DNA of 64,000 nucleotides, taken from a virus. Its lineage: Duplodnaviria; Caudoviricetes. The notes under the pieces are model-generated. The model did not search any database, had not been told where the DNA came from, and was given only the letters and a program-made list of their open reading frames with translations. The position numbers and the translations under genes are program-made. The stretch lies in the IMG/VR virus record IMGVR_UViG_3300008262_000105, positions 1,217 through 65,216 of that record. One strand, 5' to 3'. Shown piece after piece: positions 38,501 to 47,900 of this stretch (within the stretch, counting starts at the first letter, position 1; each line of letters begins with the position of its first letter).

Positions 38501-41500
38501 CCACTAGCAATTAATGGTGATGCTGCTGCTTGTACGTTTGTAATTTGAGAACCATCTCCAATCAAAAAGAATGCTCTCAAACTACCACTTATATCCACCG
38601 AACCAGTAAATTGAGAACCAAATGCAGATGCGGTAAATGGTGTAATTACCTTAAATCCATCATCAGGATTTACAGATGCTGTTACCGAACCTGATTTAAT
38701 TTCAGTTGATATTAATGCATCTTCGGTTAATGCTGAACGAGGGATTCTTCTAAGATATTGTCCTTCTGCATAGATGAATGATGATGAACCAATAAATAAT
38801 CCACCACTCATATCATTCAAATACAAGCTACCACTAATATCAACTGAACCTGTAAATTGAGAACCAATTTGAGTACTAAAATATTCAGTATCTATTGATG
38901 ATGTGAACGGAGTAATTACTTTAAAACCATAATCAGGTGCTACAGATGCCGTTACTGAACCTGATTTAATTTCAGTTGAAATAAGTGCATCTTCAGTAAG
39001 TGCTGAACGAGGTATTCTTCTAAGATACTGTCCTTCTGCAAATATAAATGAACCAGAATCTATATAAACACTACCAGTTATATCTAATGAACCTGTAAAT
39101 CTAGAACCAATTTCAGAACCAGTAAATGGTGTAATTACATTAAATCCATATTCAGGAGAAACAGATGCGGTTACACTACCACTTTTAATTTCTGTACTAA
39201 TTAATGCATCTTCTGTTAATGCTGAACGAGGGATTCTTCTTAAATATTGTCCTTCTGCGTAGATGAATGATGATGAATCAATATAAACGGCTCCACTTAT
39301 TGCGTTTACAAATAAGCTTCCACTCATATCAACATCACCTAAGAATGATATTTGTGCAGATGCAGAAACAGCATCTACTACATTTATAATTCCCTGCATT
39401 GATGAATGGAATTGGCAAATATAATAAAGTGTATTTGGTGCGCTACCAGATACTAAGAAAGTAATTGTACCATTGTCTTCACCATTATTAGTAACCCAAC
39501 TATTATATTGCTGAGTTATACCAGTTACAGGAGTATCTTTAATATGAAACGGATGTCCAGTAGCATTTACATTAAATGTATATTCAGTATTTCTTACTAA
39601 AGTTATTGTTGGGTTTGAACCACTAGCTGCTCCACTAAACCAATATCCGTTAGCACCATCATTTATAATATCAAAAGTTCTATTTAAATCAATAGAGTTA
39701 ATAATTCTATTTGATGATGAAACTATAAAACTTCCACTTATAGTAGAGAATGTATTTACAACAAATCCAGTATTTGGTGCAATTGATGCAGTAACTGAGC
39801 CTGATGCTAATCTCACAGCATCTTCAACAATTGCTGAACGAGGTATATTAAATAATCCTTGGCCGCTACCACTAAAGAATGCACTTGCTGTTGTTAATTC
39901 AACACCACCATCTTTAATTTTTAAACTACCACTTATATCTACCGAACCTGTAAACTCAGAACCACTAGCTAAAGATTGTACTCTAAACCCAAAGTTTGGT
40001 GCTACTGATGCGGTTACTGAGCCTGATTTAATTTCAGTTGAAATAAGAGCATCTTCACTTAATGCATTTCTTGGAATATTTCTTAAATAAGTACCCTCAC
40101 CAAAATATGCAGATGAAGAACCAAGAATTAATGCTCCGCTAGTTGCGGTTATAATCATACTTCCGGTAATATAAACACTACCAGTAATTCTTGAACCACT
40201 TGGTGCAGATTCAACAACAAATCCTCTATCAGGCAATGCTGAAGCTGTAACACTTCCACTTGCTATTCTAAATAATTCTTGAGAAAGTGCTGAGAATGGT
40301 ATATCCGATAATCCCGCACCACTACCACTAAATACAGATGCAGAAACTCCACCAAAAAATCTAGAAGTTCCAGTTACTGTCAAACTTCCACTAAAAGTAG
40401 AACCACTTGCTACTGAAGTTACAACAAATCCAAAATTAGGAGATACTGAAGCAGTTACACTACCACTAAATATTTTTGAAGTATCTAAATCCGAAATTGC
40501 TGCAACCGGTATATCAAATAATTGTCTACCACTACCACTAAATGAACCTGTTCTTAAAAATACAGAACCACTTAGGAATAGAGAACCGGTAAATTGAGAA
40601 CCTCTTTCGGTAGATTCAACTCTAAATCCAAAATTAGGAGATACTGAAGCAGTTACAGAACCAGAAAGAATTCTGTTTGTATCTAATGCATCAGGAGCCA
40701 ATGCTGTTCTTGGAATATTAAATAATCGTTCACCACTACCACTAAATGATGAGCCAGAAGTTAATTCTATACCTCTAGCCCCACTAACAAATAGAGAACC
40801 TGTTAATTGAGTGCCAAATTGACCAGATTCTACAATAAATCCTTTATCAGGTCTAGCAGATGCCGTTACCGAACCACTAGCAATTTGTGTTGTTTCTAAT
40901 GGTGGTATAAAAATATTTGTCAATCGGCTACCATCTCCAACAAATGAACCGCTTATATCAAAAGCACTCATTGAAACAGCCGTTACACTTTGGGCAGTTA
41001 CCGAACCGCTAACAAATACGCTACCAGTTATTTCAGAACCTTTTTCTGCAGATTCAACTCTAAATCCATATACAGGCGAAACAGATGCAGTTACAGATCC
41101 CGATGATATTCTAAATGAATCTCCGGTAAATGCCGAACGTGGAATATTAAATAATCCACCACCATCACCCTGTATAAATGATGCACTAATTGATGCCGTT
41201 ACTTCTCTAGCTACAATTCTATCAGATACAAATAAACTACCACTTATTGTTACATCAGGTCCTCTTTGTAATATTGCATCTACAATATTAATTGTACCAG
41301 CCATTATACCATGGAATTGACAAATATAATAAAGTGTATTTGGTGCAGATACATCAGGTGTAAATGTTATAATACCAACATCATCACCATTGTTAGTTAC
41401 ACCTGTATTATAAGCATTTGATGTACCACTTGTTTGTGCAGTTTTAATCCAAAATGGATGACCGCTAGCATTTACATTAAATGTATATGTAATTCCTCTT

Positions 41501-43911
41501 ACTAAAGTTATTGTAGGATTTTGTCCATTTGCAGCACCTGTAAAAACATAAGCCGATGCTCCACTATTAGTTACATTAAATACAGTTTGAATTGATTCGC
41601 TAGGTAAATATGTAGCAGATGCTGATATTAACATGCTACCTGTAAATGTAGAGAATGTATTTACTCTAAATCCTTCGTTTGGTCTAATGGATGCTGTTAC
41701 CGAACCACTACCAATTTTTGAAAGGTCTAAATCAGGAATTGCATCAATTGGAATTTCTCTTAATAATTTACCACTACCAGAAAAAGAACCAGTAAATATT
41801 TCTATGTTTCCACTTACAAATAATGAACCCGTAAATTGAGAACCACTATTCGGTGAAAATACAATAAACCCTTGCTCTAAACTAACTGAAGCACTTACAG
41901 AAGCCGAATCACTTCCTGTTGCCATTAAAGTTACCTTTAATGCATCAGTAGCTAATGCTGATAGGGGAACATTTCTTAAATATGTACCATCTGCATATAG
42001 AAACGATGCTGAATCAATAAAAACGCTACCACTAAACTTAGAACCACTATTAACAGAAGTAACAACAAATCCTTCATCAGGAGAAACTGATGCCGTAACG
42101 CTACCACTTGCTATAAATGTTGATAATAACGCGTCCGGAGCTAGTGCTGAACGAGGTATATCAAATAATCCCCTACCACTACCAGAGAATAAACCAGATC
42201 CACTTGGAATAAAAATACTACCACTAACATCAACTGAACCTGTAAATTCAGAACCACTTGCTAATGCTTCTACTTTAAATCCAAATACAGGTGAAACAGA
42301 TGCTGTAACAGAACCACTAGCTATTCTAGGTGCAGCTTGTGCTTGTACGTTTGTAATTTGAGAACCATCACCTATAAAAGCAAATGCCCTAACACTTCCA
42401 CTAACATCAACACTTCCAGTAAACTGAGAACCAAATGCAGAACTTGTAAATGGAGTTTGTACTCTAAATCCAAAATCAGGAGATACAGACGCAGTTACAC
42501 TACCACTTTTAATTTCAGCAGAAATAAGTGCATCTTCAGTAAGTGCTGAACGAGGTATATTTCTTAAATATTGTCCATCAGCGTATAATACTGAAGATGA
42601 TGCTATATATAATGCTCCACTATAAGAATTTACATAAACACTTTGGCTTGTTGATAAAGTGCCACTTACAAATAAACTACCACTTATATCAACACTACCA
42701 GTAAATTCAGAACCACTTTGAGCAGATGTTACAACAAATCCAAAATTAGGTGCTACAGATGCAGTTACACTACCACTAGCTATTAATGGAGAAAGTAAAG
42801 CATCAGGAGCAAGTGCAGAACGTGGAATATTAAATAATTTATCACCACTACCACTAAATGAACCACTATAAATTGCAATTACAGCTCCACTAACAAATAA
42901 TGAACCTGTGAACTGAGAACCACTTGCTAAAGATTCTACTTTTAATCCAAAATTAGGAGATACCGATGCAGTTACACTACCACTAGCAATTTTACTTGCT
43001 ATTAAAGAATCAATATTAAGAGCGGATAGTGGAATATTTCTTAGATATGTACCTTCACCATAATATGATGAACCAGAATCTAATACAATTGAACCACTAT
43101 AAGGTGAAACAAATAAACTACCTGTAATTGATACACTCCCCGTAAATTGAGAACCACTATCTACAGACTCTACTTTGAATCCAAATTCAGGAGTTACAGA
43201 TGCAGTTATACTTCCACTTGAAATTCTAGTTGCTTCAGGTAAATTAAATATATTTCTACCATCACCAAAGAAAGAACCAGTAAATGAACCACTAAATGAA
43301 GAACCAGTTACATTATTACCAATAAATTCAGATTGCACTCTTACTGAACCTGTAAATTGTTGTATATCAGAATCATCATTACCAAAAATGTTTGAACCAG
43401 ATGAATAGATAATTGATGATGAAATTATATTAACAACTAATTGGTCAGCATATATTGATTTTGATACATATAAATTACCCCCAACACTTACATTTGTATT
43501 AATATTAAGTGATGTTGGTGAAAATGAAGCTGTAAATGATGAAGATGCTAATCTTTCTGCTGTATTCGATAATGGTAAATTTGTCAATCCACTACCATCA
43601 CCACTAAATGAACCAGAAAAAGAACCAGTAAATGAACCTGTAAAACTACCACTTAATGATGTGGCGCTACCAGTAAATGAACCTGTAAATTGTCCAGTTA
43701 CTCTATCTAAATCTAAACTGCGAACAAATCCTCTATTACCTTGGTCATCGGAAACCACAATAGCGGGAGAACCAGAAAGTGAGGCTGAAAAGTTTGGAAC
43801 ACCCAAATTTGGTTCAACCTGAGACAAATCAATAAACTGATACCTGTCCGGTGTTACATTTTTTGGGGATACTACCCTTACCCTACCTGTTAAAAGATTA
43901 CTAATTGCCAT
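32539..43911 (-). CDS. Giant fibre or decoration protein (3790 aa) with SGS-rich beta repeats, two cupredoxin-like domains, a ~1100-aa Gly-X-X tract and a C-terminal adaptor domain
   Basis: Repeated IASGSVTASVSPxxGFxV...GSQFTGS units; GHPF...YYICQFHxxM twice; GTS tract; C-terminal ITWP..LDWAGGTAP.LT..GTDVL.F. Confidence 0.85.
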   Translation of the reverse strand: MAISNLLTGRVRVVSPKNVTPDRYQFIDLSQVEPNLGVPNFSASLSGSPAIVVSDDQGNRGFVRSLDLDRVTGQFTGSFTGSATSLSGSFTGSFTGSFSGSFSGDGSGLTNLPLSNTAERLASSSFTASFSPTSLNINTNVSVGGNLYVSKSIYADQLVVNIISSSIIYSSGSNIFGNDDSDIQQFTGSVRVQSEFIGNNVTGSSFSGSFTGSFFGDGRNIFNLPEATRISSGSITASVTPEFGFKVESVDSGSQFTGSVSITGSLFVSPYSGSIVLDSGSSYYGEGTYLRNIPLSALNIDSLIASKIASGSVTASVSPNFGLKVESLASGSQFTGSLFVSGAVIAIYSGSFSGSGDKLFNIPRSALAPDALLSPLIASGSVTASVAPNFGFVVTSAQSGSEFTGSVDISGSLFVSGTLSTSQSVYVNSYSGALYIASSSVLYADGQYLRNIPRSALTEDALISAEIKSGSVTASVSPDFGFRVQTPFTSSAFGSQFTGSVDVSGSVRAFAFIGDGSQITNVQAQAAPRIASGSVTASVSPVFGFKVEALASGSEFTGSVDVSGSIFIPSGSGLFSGSGRGLFDIPRSALAPDALLSTFIASGSVTASVSPDEGFVVTSVNSGSKFSGSVFIDSASFLYADGTYLRNVPLSALATDALKVTLMATGSDSASVSASVSLEQGFIVFSPNSGSQFTGSLFVSGNIEIFTGSFSGSGKLLREIPIDAIPDLDLSKIGSGSVTASIRPNEGFRVNTFSTFTGSMLISASATYLPSESIQTVFNVTNSGASAYVFTGAANGQNPTITLVRGITYTFNVNASGHPFWIKTAQTSGTSNAYNTGVTNNGDDVGIITFTPDVSAPNTLYYICQFHGIMAGTINIVDAILQRGPDVTISGSLFVSDRIVAREVTASISASFIQGDGGGLFNIPRSAFTGDSFRISSGSVTASVSPVYGFRVESAEKGSEITGSVFVSGSVTAQSVTAVSMSAFDISGSFVGDGSRLTNIFIPPLETTQIASGSVTASARPDKGFIVESGQFGTQLTGSLFVSGARGIELTSGSSFSGSGERLFNIPRTALAPDALDTNRILSGSVTASVSPNFGFRVESTERGSQFTGSLFLSGSVFLRTGSFSGSGRQLFDIPVAAISDLDTSKIFSGSVTASVSPNFGFVVTSVASGSTFSGSLTVTGTSRFFGGVSASVFSGSGAGLSDIPFSALSQELFRIASGSVTASALPDRGFVVESAPSGSRITGSVYITGSMIITATSGALILGSSSAYFGEGTYLRNIPRNALSEDALISTEIKSGSVTASVAPNFGFRVQSLASGSEFTGSVDISGSLKIKDGGVELTTASAFFSGSGQGLFNIPRSAIVEDAVRLASGSVTASIAPNTGFVVNTFSTISGSFIVSSSNRIINSIDLNRTFDIINDGANGYWFSGAASGSNPTITLVRNTEYTFNVNATGHPFHIKDTPVTGITQQYNSWVTNNGEDNGTITFLVSGSAPNTLYYICQFHSSMQGIINVVDAVSASAQISFLGDVDMSGSLFVNAISGAVYIDSSSFIYAEGQYLRRIPRSALTEDALISTEIKSGSVTASVSPEYGFNVITPFTGSEIGSRFTGSLDITGSVYIDSGSFIFAEGQYLRRIPRSALTEDALISTEIKSGSVTASVAPDYGFKVITPFTSSIDTEYFSTQIGSQFTGSVDISGSLYLNDMSGGLFIGSSSFIYAEGQYLRRIPRSALTEDALISTEIKSGSVTASVNPDDGFKVITPFTASAFGSQFTGSVDISGSLRAFFLIGDGSQITNVQAAASPLIASGSATASVASGDRLVVTTAYTGSGIGSEFTGSISVSGSIFAQFFVGDGSQITNVQAAAAPFIASGSATASVASGRKFVVTTSETGSSFGSLFTGSVDVSGSVRAFSFIGDGSQLTNVQAAAAPLIASGSATASVQSGRYFEVVTSAPSGSVGSQFTGSVEISGSISSSKYIGDGGGLFNIPASALQDLQLDRIQSGSARTIQRPDTLDINTEITAALYRGDGGGLFNIPANALQDLKLDRIQSGSAQAVISPNLGLDINTSTRIHSGSLTVSGSVFVSGGNVILQSGSSYVGDGSGLYNINIANLSFETFILKSGSVTASISPDKGFVVNTSSFIWGDLYNTANTAYLNKVTASQYVFAPLFTGSFLGTYNFQGVGPTASAEYQILRFNETQGYFIPQPETSLTETVSFSNVSNLTIVHNLGILYPMVQVYATGSEDQIIPGTIKSIDEDTIQIIFAGLTSGHVVIGSGGSVISGTIQGDRVFGTVLSASHAIRADLADAVTGFDSASLVALSASLSNANAYVRNDQTSSMSVFGAVSSSYALTASYVENLSGLTLVDYVRNDRTSSMTVLSASFASTASYALFAQNASNVDTSNFVQNSQTASMLVGTASLAFTASYALYALNAEGVNTASFLQVNKDSSINANLTISGSLGVSGSLLLGNLASGSSEDVVVWNSLTKKLERRNIVAAVGSSGTAGSGGSSGTSGSSGSSGSSGSSGSSGSSGSSGSSGSAGTSGTDGSSGSSGSSGSSGSSGSSGSSGSSGSSGTSGSSGSSGTSGTSGTSGTSGSSGSSGSSGSSGTSGSGGTSGTSGTSGTSGSSGTSGTTGSSGTSGTSGTSGTSGSSGTSGTSGTAGSGGTSGTSGTSGTSGTSGTSGTSGTSGSSGTSGSSGSSGSGGTSGSGGTSGSSGSGGTSGTSGSGGSSGSSGSGGSSGSSGTSGSGGTSGTSGTSGSSGSGGTSGSAGSGGSAGSSGTGGTSGSSGSSGTSGTSGTSGSGGTSGTSGSDGLAGTSGSSGTSGTSGTSGTSGSSGTSGSSGTTGSSGTSGTSGTSGTSGSDGTSGSSGSSGSSGTTGSSGTSGTSGTSGSSGSSGTSGSSGSSGTSGTTGSSGTSGSSGSSGTSGTDGTSGSSGTSGSSGTSGSTGSSGTSGSSGTSGTSGSDGTSGSSGSSGTAGTTGSAGTTGSSGTTGSAGTSGIDGTSGTSGSDGTSGSSGTAGSSGTDGSAGTSGTTGSSGTSGIDGTSGTSGSDGTSGTAGSSGTSGTDGSAGTTGSSGTSGIDGTSGTSGSDGTSGSSGSSGTSGTQGTSGSDGTSGTSGTSGLDGTYFGSSGTAGTSGTTGTAGSSGSSGTSGTSGTSGLDGTYFGSSGTSGTSGSGGSSGTSGTSGTSGSTGSSGTTGTSGTSGLDGTYFGSSGTSGTSGTSGTSGTSGTSGSTGTSGTSGLDGTYFGSSGTSGTNGTSGTSGSNGTSGSSGSSGTSGTSGLDGTFFGSSGSSGSSGTSGAGSSGSSGSSGSSGTSGLDGTFFGSSGSSGSSGTSGAGTSGSSGTDGSAGSSGTSGLDGTFFGSNGTSGISGTSGTSGSSGTSGLAGSNGTSGTSGTSGFDGTFFGSSGTSGSSGTSGTSGSTGTAGSSGSSGVSGTSGFDGTFFGSSGTSGTSGTSGSSGSNGTSGTSGTSGISGTSGFDGTYFGSSGTSGTSGTSGSNGTSGSNGTSGSTGTNGTSGTSGFDGTFFGSSGTSGSSGAQGSTGAAGSSGTSGTTPPGFTSGTSGTGGTSGQTGSSGTSGTTPPGFTSGTAGTSGQTGSSGTSGTTPPGFTSGTAGTSGQTGTSGTSGTTPPNFTSGTSGTNGFSLNGTTDNGLLTYQAVPTAAIVESNLTFDGSSLSLTGDQTVSGFIASTTFRETFYDYGTGGSVSIDFTLGNNFRRQFNGAGTVSFTNVPPSNAFGFTLTLVNAGAFAITWPGNLDWAGGTAPILTSAGTDVLTIFTFNGGTTYYGFVVGKNMS
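33000..36440 (-). repeat. Gly-X-X (GTS/GSS) coding repeat with periodic GLDGTYF/GFDGTFF and GTTPPGFT interruptions
   Basis: Directly visible in the DNA and in the translation. Confidence 0.95.
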
Positions 43912-43930
43912 TCCGTGTTTCCAGCTTTTT

Positions 43931-43961
43931 TATAAATATCTAAAAAATCACCTATAAATAT
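43931..43961 (-). promoter_or_regulatory. Tandem ATATTTATA motifs (putative late promoters) before the 3790-aa gene
   Basis: Plus-strand tataaatat at 43931-43939 and 43953-43961. Confidence 0.55.
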
Positions 43962-43980
43962 TAATAGATGAAGTATATCG

Positions 43981-44913
43981 TTATTCATTAGCAGATTCTA
44001 GTAATGAAAGAATTACTGATAAATCTGTTGAGCCGGAGACTATAAAACCATAACCTTCTTCCAATACCAATTTTCCAGAAACAACAGGAGAAAGTGAATC
44101 TGCGGATGGTATTGTAACATTAGATACTAATTGAATTGGGTCTTGTGCAACTAAGTTAGGTTCTTCAATGGTATTAGTAATAACTTTAATTAATTTATCT
44201 ATTAAATAAGCGGAACTACTAAATTCTAAATTAGTTGGAATAAATGTTGTAAATGATTGAGTTACTGCTGATTGATATAATCTACTTACAAATTGAGAAC
44301 CAGTTACTGATTCATTTTTGATTATTTGTTGAGATAATGTATTTAAATAATCTATTGAATCTAAAGATGCTGAATATTCATCCGTAAATACTTCTTTTAA
44401 AGTATTAATACCATTTTTTGAAAAGAATGATTTTGCAACTTTATTTGTTCTTATTATTTTTTCGTTTTTAATATCATACGATAATGCATCAGTTATATCT
44501 AAAGCGTAATTTTCAAATCTTGATGCTGTAAAAGAAAATGGTGTTTCTGATTGATTGTTTTGAAACGATGCATATGCTGAGACTTCTTTTCTAATAAAGT
44601 TTCTATTTAATGCAAATAATGCAGATGCTGAATCCAAACTTCCAGAAAAATTATCTAAAGTTACGTTTCCACCAACTGAAGCACTTAAAAAACTACTACC
44701 GCTATACAAACCTTCAAATGAAGGAATTGGTAATTCTCTATTTGATGTTACTAAAATTGTTACCGGTTGTGTCTGAAGTCCATTATTTGTGATTTGTGCA
44801 GAAAGTACAATAGATGATACACCATTTGGCGTAGCATAAATTTCATCTTGTTCACCAGTCAGATTTGTTACTACTGACTGAAATCGGTTTAATGGTATAA
44901 ATACTTGTCCCAT
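43981..44913 (-). CDS. Adaptor-like protein (310 aa), paralogue of the 110-aa protein with an inserted degenerate helical repeat
   Basis: N-terminus NRFQS...IYATP...IVLSAQITN and C-terminus KLVLEEG...VILSLLE match 30509..30841. The middle resembles the repeat of the 4678-aa protein. Confidence 0.7.
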   Translation of the reverse strand: MGQVFIPLNRFQSVVTNLTGEQDEIYATPNGVSSIVLSAQITNNGLQTQPVTILVTSNRELPIPSFEGLYSGSSFLSASVGGNVTLDNFSGSLDSASALFALNRNFIRKEVSAYASFQNNQSETPFSFTASRFENYALDITDALSYDIKNEKIIRTNKVAKSFFSKNGINTLKEVFTDEYSASLDSIDYLNTLSQQIIKNESVTGSQFVSRLYQSAVTQSFTTFIPTNLEFSSSAYLIDKLIKVITNTIEEPNLVAQDPIQLVSNVTIPSADSLSPVVSGKLVLEEGYGFIVSGSTDLSVILSLLESANE

Positions 44914-44931
44914 TTTCTTTTATTTTCTTTT

Positions 44932-47900
44932 TTATATTTGAAGTGCCAATGAGAACGGAGTTACTAATGAGAATAGAGATTTACTAAATGTTCTACCCAC
45001 AAGAGTACCAGTAGCTTGGTTAATACTCAATCCAGTACCAATTCTAAAGTCACCATCTTGGTTACCAGACGTAAAGAATATTCTACCACCACCCAATTCC
45101 GTAATCTCATAAATTGGGTTTGCTACACCACTACCACCCTGATTTGGAGGAAGTGCTTTAAATGTCACACCTGCTCCATTATAAGAGTAGTCAATACCAG
45201 TTGCTACAATTAAAGAACCAAATTCTTCTAATGGTGCACCTGCTGTTATAAACTCTGCTCTAGTTCTCAAATATCTATTGGTTTCTAGAGTTTCTAGTCT
45301 TTGTTTAAATATTACTTCATCCGCATTTCCGAATTGACCGTTATAGTAAGATGATGCTGCTGCAATTGCTCTCTCATTACCACCATATAGTAAATCGGTT
45401 GCACATGCATCAACAATCAATCCAGTATCACGAGAACAACTAGCCTCATTATAGACTAAATATGGGAATGCTCCATTTGTGTATCCGATTGCTCTTTGTT
45501 TTAATTCTTCTTTTCCAGACAATAATCTAACTGCGGCTTGTCTTCTTTTTGTAGATGGTGCTAAGTATGTTAATTGAGTATTTGTTACTAATTTTTCAGA
45601 TATTCCTCTAGCAAAATTAATACCATCAACAGTTTGTTTCTTTTGTCCAATTGTACCATTATCGGTATATGATTCGTAAATAGCAACTGAAGGTATTCTA
45701 TAATAATAAGACCCAGCTTCAATACTTCTTTCGTTACCACCATAAACTAAGTCAGTTCTGATAGCATCTATAATAAATCCTAAATCACGCGAACAACTTG
45801 TTTCGTTGTATTGAAGTGTACTCCAAGAAGAACTTAGGAATGTAATAGTTTCTTTTTGTATAAGCGTTTTATTAAATTTCAATAAATCAACTGTTGATAC
45901 TAATGATGCCGATGGTTGTTCAAATTTAGGATTTAGAACAACTTTTGAAGATAATCTACCTGCCCATCTTACACCTGTAATAGTTGGGTCTAATTGATTT
46001 GCTTCAGATGGTACACCAGCTTTAGTTGCTTTAGATGGAAATGCAAAATAGTATGAACCAGCAGTTACACTTCTTTCAGTACCACCATATAGTAAATCAG
46101 TTGCTGCTGCATCTATTAGATAACCAACATCACGAGAACAAGAAGCTTGATTGTAATAAACTCCACTCCAAGAAGAAGATACATAAGCTATTGTTTCTGC
46201 TGCTATAAATGGTTTATTTTTTCTTAACAAATCAAACGATGCGGAAACTTGCTGAGATGCTGTTACAAATAATATGTTTTGTATTACTTTTTGAGCTACT
46301 CTACTTGCGTAGTTGATACCTTCTACAGTTTGTTTTAATTGTCCATCACCATCACCATCTCCTAATAAAGTTGCCTTAGATGGATATTTGTAATAAAACT
46401 CAGCACTCATATATGTTCTTTCAGTACCACCATATAGTAAATCAGTTACTACACCATCAATTATATATCCAACATCTCTACGACATTTTTCCTGATTATA
46501 ATTAAATGTACTCCAACTAGCAGTTAAGTACTGAAGTGTTTCTTCTTGTATAAATTGTCTATTATTTCTTAACAATTCTACCGAAGCCGATACCGATTGA
46601 GATGCCGTTGTAAATGTTGTATTTTTAATAATATTAACAGCTACATCTTTTGCAAAATTAATTGCGTTTACAGTTTGTTCTTTTTGAGAACCTGTTGCTA
46701 AAGAAGAATAAATATAATAATATGTTCCAGCTTTTGCACTTCTTTCGTTACCACCATAAAGAATATCAGTTGCTACCGCATCTATAATATATCCAACATC
46801 ACGTTTACATCTATCTAAACTATATGTAAATTCATTCCAAGAAGAAGTAATATAAGAAAGAACTTCAGCTTGTATAAATGGTTTGTTTTGCTTCATTAAT
46901 GCATGTGATGCTGAAGCGTGTGCTGAGGCTGTAACAAATAGTGTATTAACAATTACTTTTTGTGCTAATTGCCCAGCATAACGGATACCATCTAATGTTT
47001 CATCTAATTGTGAACCAGTTGCCGATGATGGATATAAGAAATAGTATTTACCTGCTGTAATTGTTCTTTCGTTACCACCATAATATATATCCGTTGCTAC
47101 CGCATCTAAGATATATCCAACATCTCTCTTACACTTAGATTCATCATAAACAAATGAAGAAGTTGTATTTGAACCAGTTACCCAAGAAGAACTAATATAT
47201 GCAATAGTTTCGTTTTGTATAAATGGTTTGTTTTGATTTAATAATGTCCAAGCATTTGTTCTCTCCAATGATGCAGTTTGATACTGAACATTTTGTAGAA
47301 CTTTTTGCGCCATTTTACTTGCGAAGAATATTCCATCTAAAGTAAAGTTCAATTGAGATGTTGTGGCTTGTGATGCTGATTCAAAGTAGAACTTACCATT
47401 TACAATAGATGCAGAATCCACACCAAATAACATATCTTCGGCTGCTCCACTAATAATTAAACCAACATCTCTCTTACACTTAGATTCATCATAAGAAGCT
47501 GTACTCCAAGAAGAACTAATGTATGCAATAGTTTCATTTTGAATAAATCCTATGTTTTCTTTTAACAAATTGTAAGCGTACCATACATTTGATGCAGTTG
47601 ATGGTGATGAATAATTTACAGGAGAACCTGCTACACCAATACCATTTGCAATTATATTTGTTACAATTGAAATAGATGATGAAATTAATGATGCTTCATA
47701 ATCAGTACCAAATGATGAACTTAAATATTGAGATGTATTAGTAAATTTAATACTTTCTGATGTATTTGCTACTAATGTAGGTATTACTCCCAATCCATTT
47801 TCAACAATATTTGTTACAACCGCAAATGAAGAACTTACTCTATTAACTTCATAAGCAGATGAAGCATTTGATGAAGTATATTGAGTTGTTGCTGTTACTT

